Source: Alphaproteobacteria bacterium (GTDB taxonomy: Bacteria; Pseudomonadota; Alphaproteobacteria; Rs-D84). From it: a DNA stretch of 64,000 nt. The stretch covers positions 21,233 through 85,232 of the forward strand of contig JAVBPX010000004.1 in the NCBI GenBank assembly GCA_031549365.1, in the 5' to 3' direction. The notes beneath the pieces were generated by a model that saw only the letters and a program-made list of their open reading frames with translations, did no database searches and had not been told where the DNA came from. This document shows, piece after piece, positions 8,458 through 16,824 of the stretch (within the stretch, counting starts at the first letter, position 1; each line of letters opens with the position of its first letter). The position numbers and the translations under genes are program-made.

Positions 8458-9292
8458 ACAATTTAATTAAATGCTGTTTGGCGATTTGATCCAATTCCAT
8501 CCAAATCTTTAAATTTTCCGCCATATCATCCAATTTCACCATATTCGGGCCATCACAAGGCGCAACATCTGGATTATCATGGGTTTCAATAAACACGCCA
8601 GCAACACCAATTGCCAATGCTGCGCGCGCAATAACCGGGGCCAAACGACGATCCCCACCCGACGTACAACCGGCCGCCGCGGGTTGTTGAATGCCGTGCG
8701 TAGCATCAATTATAACCGGCGCATCCAACGATGACATCCACGGAATGGATCGCATATCAACAACAAAATTATTATACCCAAACGATGTTCCACGTTCGGT
8801 TAATAAAATCCGATCATTCCCAGAATCGTAACATTTACCCAATGAACTCTTCATATCCATGGGGGCCGAAAATTGTGGTTTTTTGATATTAACAACCCGT
8901 CCCGTTTTGGCGGCCGCAACCAATAAATCTGTTTGGCGTGCCAAAAAAGCTGGAATTTGAACAATATCAACGTGTTCTGCAACAACCATCGCCTGTTCTG
9001 GCCAATGAACATCCGTCACAACCGGACATCCAAACGTTGATTTAATTTCATCAAATATTTTTAACGCATTATCCAACCCAATCCCACGACCAGACGTTAA
9101 CGATGTACGATTTGCCTTGTCAAACGAAGTTTTAAAAACATACGGGATTTTTAAATCAGATGTTAATTTAACCAAACGTTCGGCCATCATCATGCCATGA
9201 TCGCGTGATTCCAAAGCACAAGGCCCCGCCATCAAAACAAACGGCAAATCATTTCCAAAAGTAACGTTTTCATTTAATTTTACATGTTTCAT
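8456..9292 (-). CDS. kdsA: 2-dehydro-3-deoxyphosphooctonate aldolase (KDO-8-P synthase)
   Basis: 278-aa ORF containing IPAFLARQTDLLVAAAKTG and FIETHDNPD, typical KdsA blocks. Confidence 0.9.
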   Translation of the reverse strand: MKHVKLNENVTFGNDLPFVLMAGPCALESRDHGMMMAERLVKLTSDLKIPYVFKTSFDKANRTSLTSGRGIGLDNALKIFDEIKSTFGCPVVTDVHWPEQAMVVAEHVDIVQIPAFLARQTDLLVAAAKTGRVVNIKKPQFSAPMDMKSSLGKCYDSGNDRILLTERGTSFGYNNFVVDMRSIPWMSSLDAPVIIDATHGIQQPAAAGCTSGGDRRLAPVIARAALAIGVAGVFIETHDNPDVAPCDGPNMVKLDDMAENLKIWMELDQIAKQHLIKL

Positions 9293-9359
9293 ATATACTC
9301 CTTTCTTTTTTCGCCATGATTATATCAAACCGAAATAATATTGCAAATGGATAAATCCC

Positions 9360-9387
9360 TTGACTTTTCGATAAAATCAGTCATAAT
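9360..9387 (+). promoter_or_regulatory. sigma70-like promoter of the rpsP operon
   Basis: TTGACT, 16-nt spacer, CATAAT. This leaves a leader of about 150 nt before ATG 9543. Confidence 0.5.
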
Positions 9388-9444
9388 CCATACGCTTTTC
9401 CAAAGAATTGCTATATAAAAAACACTTGGCATGGTATTTGCCTG

Positions 9445-9487
9445 GTACATTGTGCAGCGAAGGTTCGCCCCACGATGTGCGTTTTTT
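9445..9487 (+). promoter_or_regulatory. Terminator-like hairpin plus U-run inside the rpsP leader (possible attenuator or end of a short leader RNA)
   Basis: GTACATTGTG (9445..9454) pairs with CACGATGTGC (9471..9480) with one G-U pair. It encloses an inner GCGA/TCGC hairpin and is followed by G TTTTTT (9481..9487). Confidence 0.45.
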
Positions 9488-9542
9488 GTATTCAATAAAC
9501 AAACGCCGTAAAACGCGGCATAACAAAAAAAGGACTAAAACA

Positions 9543-10031
9543 ATGGCAGTAGTAATTCGTCTTGCCCGTCATGGATCAAAAAAACATCCATATTATCACA
9601 TCGTAGTTACAGACAGCAGAAATGCTCGTAACAGCGGAAAAATCTTGGAACGCATTGGATCACATAACCCAATGTTACCACGAGAACACACAGATCGTAC
9701 AAAATTTGATTCTGAACGCGCAACATATTGGATGGGCGTTGGTGCGAAACCATCTGACCGCGTGTATCGTTTCTTTGCTAATGCTGGATTGGTTGCAAAG
9801 CGCGAAGCCCCAGTTCAAACAAAACAACATTTGCAAAAAGAAAAAACTTTGTTAAAAATCAAAGACAAAGAAGATAAATTACGCAAAATCGCCGAAGCCA
9901 AAGCCGCCGAAGAAGCAAAATTGGCCGAAGAAGCTGCCGCAGCCAAAGCAGCTGCCGAAGCACCAGCGGAACCAGTTGCCACAGAAACACAGGCCGAAGC
10001 CGTTGAAACAACAGAAACCGCAGCTGAATAA
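9543..10031 (+). CDS. rpsP: 30S ribosomal protein S16 with Ala/Glu/Lys-rich C-terminal extension
   Basis: [39 protein letters not shown]. Start set at ATG 9543. The upstream part of ORF 9408 has no S16 similarity. Confidence 0.9.
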   Translation: MAVVIRLARHGSKKHPYYHIVVTDSRNARNSGKILERIGSHNPMLPREHTDRTKFDSERATYWMGVGAKPSDRVYRFFANAGLVAKREAPVQTKQHLQKEKTLLKIKDKEDKLRKIAEAKAAEEAKLAEEAAAAKAAAEAPAEPVATETQAEAVETTETAAE

Positions 10032-10039
10032 TTATAAAC

Positions 10040-10531
10040 ATGTCCAACACAGATCGCGTTTTAATTGGAAAAATCGTCGCAGCGCAAGGATTGCGTGGTC
10101 AGGTTCGTGTACAATCGTACACGGATCAACCAGACGAACTCTTCAATTATGGTGAAATTCGGGACCAAAATAACAATGTTGTGTCAATTAAATTTGATCG
10201 CGTGGCATCACGTGATGTTGTTATTGCATCTGTATCGGGAACAACCGATCGTAATGGTGCCGAATTATTACGCGGACGTGAATTATACATAAATCGCGAT
10301 CAATTACCAAAAATTGATGACGATGAATTTTATGTTTATGATTTAATCGGAATGCCTGTTATAACTGATCAAAAATTAAATTTAGGTCATGTTATAACTG
10401 TACATAATTTCGGTGCCAGCGATATATTGGAAGTCGGAACATCCGAACGCGATTCAGTAATGATTGCATTTCCAATGGCAAATGTTGATATGAATAACAA
10501 AATCATAACGGTACCACATGACGCAATTTAA
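10040..10531 (+). CDS. rimM: 16S rRNA processing protein RimM
   Basis: 163-aa ORF containing LIGKIVAAQGLRGQVRV, in the conserved position between rpsP and trmD. Confidence 0.85.
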   Translation: MSNTDRVLIGKIVAAQGLRGQVRVQSYTDQPDELFNYGEIRDQNNNVVSIKFDRVASRDVVIASVSGTTDRNGAELLRGRELYINRDQLPKIDDDEFYVYDLIGMPVITDQKLNLGHVITVHNFGASDILEVGTSERDSVMIAFPMANVDMNNKIITVPHDAI

Positions 10532-11204
10532 TGTTAACGTTTTAACATTATTCCCTGAAATGTTCCCAGGCACACTGGGCCATTCATTGGCGAAACGCGC
10601 ATTGGAAAATGAAACTTGGTCAATTAACACGATTAACATTCGCGATTTTGCACATGACGTCCATAAAACTGTTGATGATACACCGTATGGTGGCGGCGCT
10701 GGGATGGTTTTAAAACCAGATGTTGTTGCCGACGCAATCGACAGTATCGACAAATCCAAACGCGGTGAAATAATTTATTTCAGTCCTCGCGGGAAACCAT
10801 TAAACCAACAAATGGTTCGTGAATTTGCAAAATGCGAAAACATTACATTAATTTGTGGCCGATACGAAGGCTTGGACCAACGCGTAATCGATGAATATAA
10901 TATGACTGAAATCTCAATTGGCGATTATATTTTATCTGGCGGCGAATTGGCAGCCCAAGTTTTTATTGACACTATCGTTCGTTTATTGGACAATGTGGTA
11001 AACAGCAAAGAAAGTCTTTGCAACGAAAGTTTCGAAATGGGATATTTGGAATACCCTCATTTCACCAGACCGGAAACATGGCGTGGACGGGGCGTCCCAG
11101 AAGTCCTGTTGTCTGGTCATCACAAAAAGATCACGGACTGGCGTCGTGACATGGCGATTGAAATCACCAGGGAACGCAGACCAGATCTTTTGAAAAACAA
11201 ATAA
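10518..11204 (+). CDS. trmD: tRNA (guanine37-N1)-methyltransferase
   Basis: 228-aa ORF with LTLFPEMFPG, YGGGAGMVLKPD and SIGDYILSGGELAA. Confidence 0.92.
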   Translation: MTQFNVNVLTLFPEMFPGTLGHSLAKRALENETWSINTINIRDFAHDVHKTVDDTPYGGGAGMVLKPDVVADAIDSIDKSKRGEIIYFSPRGKPLNQQMVREFAKCENITLICGRYEGLDQRVIDEYNMTEISIGDYILSGGELAAQVFIDTIVRLLDNVVNSKESLCNESFEMGYLEYPHFTRPETWRGRGVPEVLLSGHHKKITDWRRDMAIEITRERRPDLLKNK

Positions 11205-11219
11205 AAGGAAAAATAAAAA

Positions 11220-11624
11220 ATGACAAACATCATTAAAAAAATCGAAAACAAACAAATCGAAAAATTGACTGCGGATCGCGCCATCCCTGACTTCAAGGCT
11301 GGGGACACTCTGAAAGTTTACGTTAAAATCAAAGAAGGCGACAAAACACGTACCCAGTTGTTCGAAGGCGTATGCATTTCACGCACTGGTGCTGGATCAA
11401 ACGCAATGTTCACAGTACGCAAAGAATCACACGGTGTTGGTGTTGAACGCAAATTTCCATTGTATTCACCAATGATTGAAAAAATCGAAAAAATCCGTAT
11501 TGGTTCTGTTCGTCGCGCTAAATTATATTTCTTGCGCAAATTGTCCGGCAAGAAAGCACGTATCGTCGAAGATTTGTCTGCGACTGCTGCTGAAAAAGCT
11601 GAACGTAACGCCGCAAAAAAATAA
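11220..11624 (+). CDS. rplS: 50S ribosomal protein L19
   Basis: 134-aa ORF with [29 protein letters not shown]. Confidence 0.92.
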   Translation: MTNIIKKIENKQIEKLTADRAIPDFKAGDTLKVYVKIKEGDKTRTQLFEGVCISRTGAGSNAMFTVRKESHGVGVERKFPLYSPMIEKIEKIRIGSVRRAKLYFLRKLSGKKARIVEDLSATAAEKAERNAAKK

Positions 11625-11640
11625 CAGCAAAGGTGTAATA

Positions 11641-12120
11641 ATGAATATCCTGGGCCGTATTTTAAAATCATTGCGCAAACTGGCAGATTCAGATCGTCCC
11701 GTCGAAGCAATCCTGGGATTATTCATTATTGTCATCGCTGTTTACTTTCTTGTTGTTGGAATTACCTCAAAAACTACAAATGTTGTTGGCGGCTATACGC
11801 TGAACACAACTGTTGACAGCGTTGCCAACCTACCTACTGGATCATTTGTTATGATTCACGGCATCCAAGTTGGAACCGTATCAAACATTCATTTGAACCC
11901 AACAAACTATCGCGTTCATATACAAATGAACATCAATTCAAATATTAAAATTCCGAACGATTCAAGTGTTGAAATCGTGTCTGCTGGATTAATGTCCGAT
12001 AAATATATTCGTGTCATTCCTGGATCATCCAACGAAACATTTAAACCAAATGACAATGTTCCCGGCAAATCTGCCGAAACATTGGAAGAAATGATTGGCA
12101 AAATGGTATTTTCATTATGA
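11641..12120 (+). CDS. mlaD: MlaD-like MCE-domain protein (outer-membrane lipid asymmetry system)
   Basis: 159 aa from ATG 11641. N-terminal TM helix ILGLFIIVIAVYFLVV followed by an MCE-like block GIQVGTVSNIHLNPTNYRVHIQMNI. Confidence 0.65.
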   Translation: MNILGRILKSLRKLADSDRPVEAILGLFIIVIAVYFLVVGITSKTTNVVGGYTLNTTVDSVANLPTGSFVMIHGIQVGTVSNIHLNPTNYRVHIQMNINSNIKIPNDSSVEIVSAGLMSDKYIRVIPGSSNETFKPNDNVPGKSAETLEEMIGKMVFSL

Positions 12121-12506
12121 AGAATTTATTGATCGCACTATTTTTAATTATACCACTAACCGCTTTTTCGGATGATGTCGATGTTGTTCAAAATGACACA
12201 TCATTAATCGCAAAAAAATCTGCCACTTTACAAATTTTAGATAAACCATCTGGCAAAACAAAAACAATTACTATACCATTAAATCACACGGAAAAATTCG
12301 ATAAATTATCAATAACCGCCCTGGCCTGTTATCAAACACCAGAATACCGGGCCGAAGAACACACCGTGTTTTTACAAATAAAAAAACGCACTGGCGCCGA
12401 TTCTCGCGACCAACAGATATTTTCTGGCTGGATGTATAAAAACGTTCCTGGCCAAAATCCAATCCAAGACGACACATACGACGTTTGGCTTATTAATTGC
12501 CAATAA
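12117..12506 (+). CDS. Secreted DUF2155-like protein
   Basis: 129 aa with a signal peptide and a 4-nt overlap with mlaD. LQILDKPSGKTKTITIPLNHTEKFDKLSITALACYQTPEYRAEEHTVFLQI resembles the DUF2155 family as I recall it. Not searched. Confidence 0.5.
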   Translation: MKNLLIALFLIIPLTAFSDDVDVVQNDTSLIAKKSATLQILDKPSGKTKTITIPLNHTEKFDKLSITALACYQTPEYRAEEHTVFLQIKKRTGADSRDQQIFSGWMYKNVPGQNPIQDDTYDVWLINCQ

Positions 12507-12606
12507 AATTTAATCTTTATTTTTGCGAATAGCACATCCAATCTTTGATTGACAAGCACATCGCCATCCTTAAATTCCTAGATTTTTCATCAAACAAAAA
12601 ATTATC

Positions 12607-12720
12607 AATCAAAATATGATCATTGGATGTATTGCCGACGTTTTTTCAGCGGACGGAGTGTATTCGACATACATGACCCCGCGAAAAAACGAACAATGCG
12701 CCTTTGGGCGCATTTTCATT
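12607..12720 (+). repeat. Palindromic element, copy PE-5
   Basis: Ends AATCAAAATA ... CATTTTCATT. Inner stem CGTTTTTTCAGCGG / CCGCGAAAAAACG. Apex GGAGTGTAT-TCGAC-ATACATGACC. The right end merges with hairpin AATGCGCC-TTTG-GGCGCATT. It ends 2 nt before the stop of gene 12723..13577. Confidence 0.75.
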
Positions 12721-12722
12721 GA

Positions 12723-13577
12723 TTAATTACTCATTTTTTGCATCATCAATCCGGTACCCACATTCAACAATGGACTCAACCCACTACCCTGTTGGGTAAT
12801 TGACATAACTGATTGCATGGTGTCGCCCAAATTTCCACCGGCCCCACCAGATCCCGCAGCACCGATAACCTGGGTCGCGAATCCCATCCATGCTTCTTGT
12901 TTCTTTTTATTCAATTGAACAACCGAACATTTCTCGGTTTTTTCAATCAATTTATTTGCTTGATTAAATTCAGATGATAAATAATCCTCTGGTCCAAAAT
13001 ATGAATTGGAAATCACTGCAAATATATCATACACATTGCTGACCGTAATCGCGGTTGATTCCGCATCGTAATCATTTTTTTTAACCTTGGCTGTTTCTGG
13101 TTTTGGGAAACCGTTCCAAACCATGCTTGCATCCGCCGCAGAATCAAAAATCGGAGTACATGGCGAAACGCCAGACGCACCACGGTAAATATAATTTGCG
13201 TTCACAGAATAATTGCTGGTCGCGTTACCACAAATCATCATCCCCTTGCCCATTGCAGCAATAAATGTATTCGCATCCACAGAATTCGTTTTTGCCAATT
13301 CTTGGACCATTTTTGTAACAAACGCAACATCTGACGCCGAAGGCGCACATTCAGCACTCATTGATTTAATATTTCGATTAATGCTGACAGCTCCCATCCC
13401 CAATGCAATGGCTGATTGTAATAAATTATCACCCAACATATTTTTATTCCCAGCCGTCGTACCCGAAGCCCCGATTGAACTGGCCTTTTTCACAGTATAC
13501 GAAGACGCAGCCATGGCGTTATTGGCCATAACCACGGATAATATTGTCGGTAAAATAATTGCTCCCTTCCTGAACAT
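12723..13577 (-). CDS. Hypothetical secreted protein with Gly-rich C-terminus
   Basis: 284-aa ORF with signal peptide MFRKGAIILPTILSVVMANNAMA, four Cys residues and C-terminal GAAGSGGAGGNLG. I recognise no family. Confidence 0.6.
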   Translation of the reverse strand: MFRKGAIILPTILSVVMANNAMAASSYTVKKASSIGASGTTAGNKNMLGDNLLQSAIALGMGAVSINRNIKSMSAECAPSASDVAFVTKMVQELAKTNSVDANTFIAAMGKGMMICGNATSNYSVNANYIYRGASGVSPCTPIFDSAADASMVWNGFPKPETAKVKKNDYDAESTAITVSNVYDIFAVISNSYFGPEDYLSSEFNQANKLIEKTEKCSVVQLNKKKQEAWMGFATQVIGAAGSGGAGGNLGDTMQSVMSITQQGSGLSPLLNVGTGLMMQKMSN

Positions 13578-13664
13578 ACTGATATTATATCACGAAATGA
13601 AAAGCTGTGCAAAACATTTTTTATGGTTGTATTTTGGAAAATCTGTTGGTAAAATCAACAAACT

Positions 13665-14180
13665 ATGAAAAAAAAATCAAACAACAGACAATTGATTGTA
13701 ACAACGCGACACAAACGGACAAACCGTCGTTTGCGTTATTTTTTTGTTATGTCTGGAATGTTATTATTGGTTGCATTAATCGTTGCTCCGACACTACGTC
13801 GCGAATTATTATTTACACCAATCGAAATTCCGCGCACAAATATCGCCCAACCGGATCAATTTCGCATATCCGACGCATCATTTGCAGGACACGACAATAA
13901 CAACAACCCTTTCACAATGCAGGCAAAAACCGCCCGCCAGGAATTTAACGATTCAGATCGCATATTTGTTGAACAAATTCATGCAACAATGATCCAAGTT
14001 GATGGCATAAAAAACGATATCCGTGCCACACACGGCGTTTATACTAAATCAAAGAATGAAATTAAATTAACTGGCAATGTAACAGTTAAGTCATCCGATG
14101 GCAACACATTGCAAACTCATGAACTGGTCATATTGGTCAAAGGATCAATGGATTTAATGCCAACCACACGGGGGAAATAA
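13665..14180 (+). CDS. lptC: LptC-like LPS export protein (membrane anchored)
   Basis: 171 aa with N-terminal anchor FFVMSGMLLLVALIVAPTL and a beta-rich periplasmic part. The stop abuts the lptB start. Assigned from architecture and context only. Confidence 0.55.
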   Translation: MKKKSNNRQLIVTTRHKRTNRRLRYFFVMSGMLLLVALIVAPTLRRELLFTPIEIPRTNIAQPDQFRISDASFAGHDNNNNPFTMQAKTARQEFNDSDRIFVEQIHATMIQVDGIKNDIRATHGVYTKSKNEIKLTGNVTVKSSDGNTLQTHELVILVKGSMDLMPTTRGK

Positions 14181-14917
14181 TGTTCAAGGGAAATTCCGGA
14201 ATTTTACGGGTCCGCAACCTGTCAAAAAAATACGGCAAGCGCACTGTGTTAAATGGTATTGATTTGGAAGTAAACCAGGGTGAATCCGTTGGATTATTGG
14301 GACCAAACGGCGCCGGCAAGACAACATGCTTTTACTGCATAACCGGTCAGATCAAGGCATCCGGCGGTCAAATATTTTTAAATTCCCAAGACATTACCCA
14401 TCTACCTTTCTTTCAACGAGCACGTTTAAAAATTGGATATTTACCACAAGAGGCTTCGGTGTTCCGTTCTCTGACCGTGGCTGAAAACATCATGGCAATT
14501 TTGGAAGTGGTCGAACCAGATTCAAAAAAACGTTTGGAAAAACTGGATAATTTACTAAACGAATTTTCAATCAAACATTTGGAAAAATCACCAGCCATTG
14601 CGTTATCCGGCGGCGAACGTCGCCGTGTAGAAATCGCACGAGCATTGGCATCCGATCCAAAATTTATTTTATTGGACGAACCATTCGCCGGCATTGATCC
14701 AATTGCAGTTAACGACATCCGTGTATTGGTATCGCATTTAAAAAATCGCGGTCTGGGCGTTATCATAACGGATCACAATGTTCGCGAAACATTGGGTATT
14801 ACCGATCGCGCATATGTATTGCATGGTGGAAAAATTTTAAAACACGGAACATCGGCAGAAATCATTGGCGACAAATCTGTCCGCAAAGTATACCTGGGCG
14901 AAGATTTCAAATTATAA
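14180..14917 (+). CDS. lptB: LPS export ABC transporter ATPase LptB
   Basis: 245 aa. Walker A GPNGAGKTT, signature LSGGERRRVEIARAL, Walker B ILLDEPFAGIDP. Confidence 0.88.
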   Translation: MFKGNSGILRVRNLSKKYGKRTVLNGIDLEVNQGESVGLLGPNGAGKTTCFYCITGQIKASGGQIFLNSQDITHLPFFQRARLKIGYLPQEASVFRSLTVAENIMAILEVVEPDSKKRLEKLDNLLNEFSIKHLEKSPAIALSGGERRRVEIARALASDPKFILLDEPFAGIDPIAVNDIRVLVSHLKNRGLGVIITDHNVRETLGITDRAYVLHGGKILKHGTSAEIIGDKSVRKVYLGEDFKL

Positions 14918-14961
14918 TAAAAATCTCACAAAAATAATTTTATACCCAAAACTATAAAACA

Positions 14962-15075
14962 CATCAAAATGGGATGAATGTAAAGAATTTTTTAATTTTT
15001 TCGGACCGCGGTGTATATGAACATACATAAGGTTCGAAAAAATTAAAAACTTATTTTCAGTCGCCCGTTTTCATG
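14962..15075 (+). repeat. Palindromic element, copy PE-1
   Basis: Ends CATCAAAATGGG ... CCCGTTTTCATG. Inner stem TTTTTAATTTTTTCGGACC / GGTTCGAAAAAATTAAAAA. Apex GCGGTGTAT-ATGAAC-ATACATAAGG. It ends 4 nt before the stop of the tolA-like gene. Confidence 0.85.
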
Positions 15076-15079
15076 TGTT

Positions 15080-15790
15080 TTATTGAATACTACCGGTGGC
15101 TGGGTAAAAAGTCAACCGCACAGAACTCCACACATCATACATTTCCGTTGGCAACATTGAAAACGGTTGGCAAACCGAAATTGCCATTTTAACCGTATCC
15201 AAAGCATATAAAAATGCAGAATCGTTTCGAGATTCTTCGTCAAACCAAACGCTGTTAACGCGCCCTTCGCGCGATAACGACATATGCGCAACGATCCGAA
15301 CATTTTCCAATCCAGGTCGCATTGAATCAATATGCCAACAACGCGTCATAGCAACACGTAATGCATCTGTAACCGACACGGTCATTGTGCGATTTAACGG
15401 CGCAGATGTGCGATTAACCATCATAACTTTATTCGGTTGAATTGGTTTTTTTTCAACCACTTTTTCGTTTGATTCGCCCTGACCCACTTCTTTGGCGGCG
15501 TTCACAGGCGTAACATCACCAGCAACAATTGTTTTATCACGCGTAATTTTAACAGACGACAAATCAATATCAATTATTTTCATACGCTCTGGGGCAACAA
15601 CAATATCATCCGTCGCAAAAATAAACGACGTTAACAACATTGCGACAACAATTAAATGAACAATCGTGGACAACCCGATATTTTCCAATAAAAATTCTTT
15701 TTTGTGACGCGGAATATTTACAAACCAGTCGGCAAATTGACGCGCCCATAATTGAATTTTTAATAAAAACTTTTTGAGTCTATCTTTCAT
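15080..15790 (-). CDS. TolA-like / TonB-C-like envelope protein
   Basis: 236 aa with one TM helix (IVHLIVVAMLLTSFIF), a linker and a C-terminal globular domain. Located immediately after tolQ-tolR. Confidence 0.55.
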   Translation of the reverse strand: MKDRLKKFLLKIQLWARQFADWFVNIPRHKKEFLLENIGLSTIVHLIVVAMLLTSFIFATDDIVVAPERMKIIDIDLSSVKITRDKTIVAGDVTPVNAAKEVGQGESNEKVVEKKPIQPNKVMMVNRTSAPLNRTMTVSVTDALRVAMTRCWHIDSMRPGLENVRIVAHMSLSREGRVNSVWFDEESRNDSAFLYALDTVKMAISVCQPFSMLPTEMYDVWSSVRLTFYPATGSIQ

Positions 15791-16191
15791 TAATCTGGAA
15801 TCCGTGTACGTAATCCAACGCGAGCAAACCCGGCATCCTTTAATGCACCCATTAATTCAATTACTTGGCCATACGATGCGGCCTGATCTCCATTAATCAT
15901 AATTGTTAATTTTTCATTTTCTGTTTTCATGGCCAACATTTTTTTAACAATTGCAGATTTGGTCATTTCAGCCTTGCCCATATAATAACGGCCACGATTA
16001 TCAACACTTAATTGAATTGCATGATCATCACCGGATACAGATCCATGACCCGCTTTTGGCAAATCCAAATCCAAGCCACTGGTCATCATTGGCGTTGTAA
16101 CAACAAACACAGCCAATAAAACCGTCATAACATCAATCATAGGCGTTAATGTTAACGTAGCCGAATTATCCAAAGAATTTCTGCGTGCCAT
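15790..16191 (-). CDS. tolR: TolR/ExbD biopolymer transport protein
   Basis: 133 aa with LTPMIDVMTVLLAVFVVT, a typical ExbD/TolR N-terminus. Confidence 0.85.
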   Translation of the reverse strand: MARRNSLDNSATLTLTPMIDVMTVLLAVFVVTTPMMTSGLDLDLPKAGHGSVSGDDHAIQLSVDNRGRYYMGKAEMTKSAIVKKMLAMKTENEKLTIMINGDQAASYGQVIELMGALKDAGFARVGLRTRIPD

Positions 16192-16195
16192 TTAA

Positions 16196-16813
16196 TTATG
16201 CCCCTGGGTTCATAATATCAATTGATGCTTTGACCATTAAATCTTTTTTAACCACATCAATTCTGTTATATAAATCGTCATTTCTCTTTACAAAATATTG
16301 ATAAAACACAGCGGCTGGGATCGCAACAATTAATCCCAATGCAGTTGTCCCCAAAGCCACGGCAATCCCAGGCGCAACAACAGCCAGAGATGTTGATTGA
16401 TTTGCCCCAATGGATGCAAATGTCTGCATAACACCCCAAATTGTTCCAAACAATCCAACAAAAGGCGCAACAACAGATGCCATAGATAAAAAGTACAAAC
16501 GATTATCAAATGTTGCAATTAATTTATCTTGCAACATATCCAAACGCGTTTGTAATTGCTCCAAAACATTCGACGCATTGGAATTTGCAACACGAACACC
16601 ATTTGGACGCAATAATTCACGAGCGGTTTTTTCAGCTTCTGCACGGAACATACTCATAACCATTCCAGTTTTCTTTTCTGCGCCAAATAAACGAAATTTT
16701 TCAACAATAATCGCCCAAGTAATAATTGATCCTGCAACTAATAATAATGACGCCAACAACACCATTAAATCATCGCCACCAAACAACATCAATAATGAAA
16801 AATCAGATTTCAT
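16196..16813 (-). CDS. tolQ: TolQ/ExbB proton-channel protein
   Basis: 205 aa with MotA/TolQ/ExbB motifs APFVGLFGTIWGVMQTF and VAPGIAVALGTTALGLIVAIPA. Confidence 0.85.
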   Translation of the reverse strand: MKSDFSLLMLFGGDDLMVLLASLLLVAGSIITWAIIVEKFRLFGAEKKTGMVMSMFRAEAEKTARELLRPNGVRVANSNASNVLEQLQTRLDMLQDKLIATFDNRLYFLSMASVVAPFVGLFGTIWGVMQTFASIGANQSTSLAVVAPGIAVALGTTALGLIVAIPAAVFYQYFVKRNDDLYNRIDVVKKDLMVKASIDIMNPGA

Positions 16814-16824
16814 GTTTTCTCCTT

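Noticed and set aside
9408-9542. 45-codon N-terminal extension of the rpsP ORF
   Set aside because: No S16 similarity, and it overlaps the predicted leader hairpin. The canonical [11 protein letters not shown] start at 9543 is preceded by AAAGGA.
12609-12719. Small minus-strand ORFs starting ATGAAAA(C/T)G inside the palindromic elements (36 codons here, 28 codons at 58832..58918, 38 codons at 42974..43090)
   Set aside because: There is no Shine-Dalgarno sequence. The frames are interrupted in PE-1 (stop at codon 6) and PE-3 (stop at codon 12). A 1-nt indel makes the conserved apex be read in different frames in different copies. Conservation follows base pairing, not codons. Kept only as an alternative hypothesis inside the findings.
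13213-13668. 151-aa plus-strand ORF antisense to the secreted orphan gene 12723..13577
   Set aside because: It lies almost entirely inside the opposite-strand gene, has no RBS, and has mirror-frame low-complexity composition. Typical shadow ORF.
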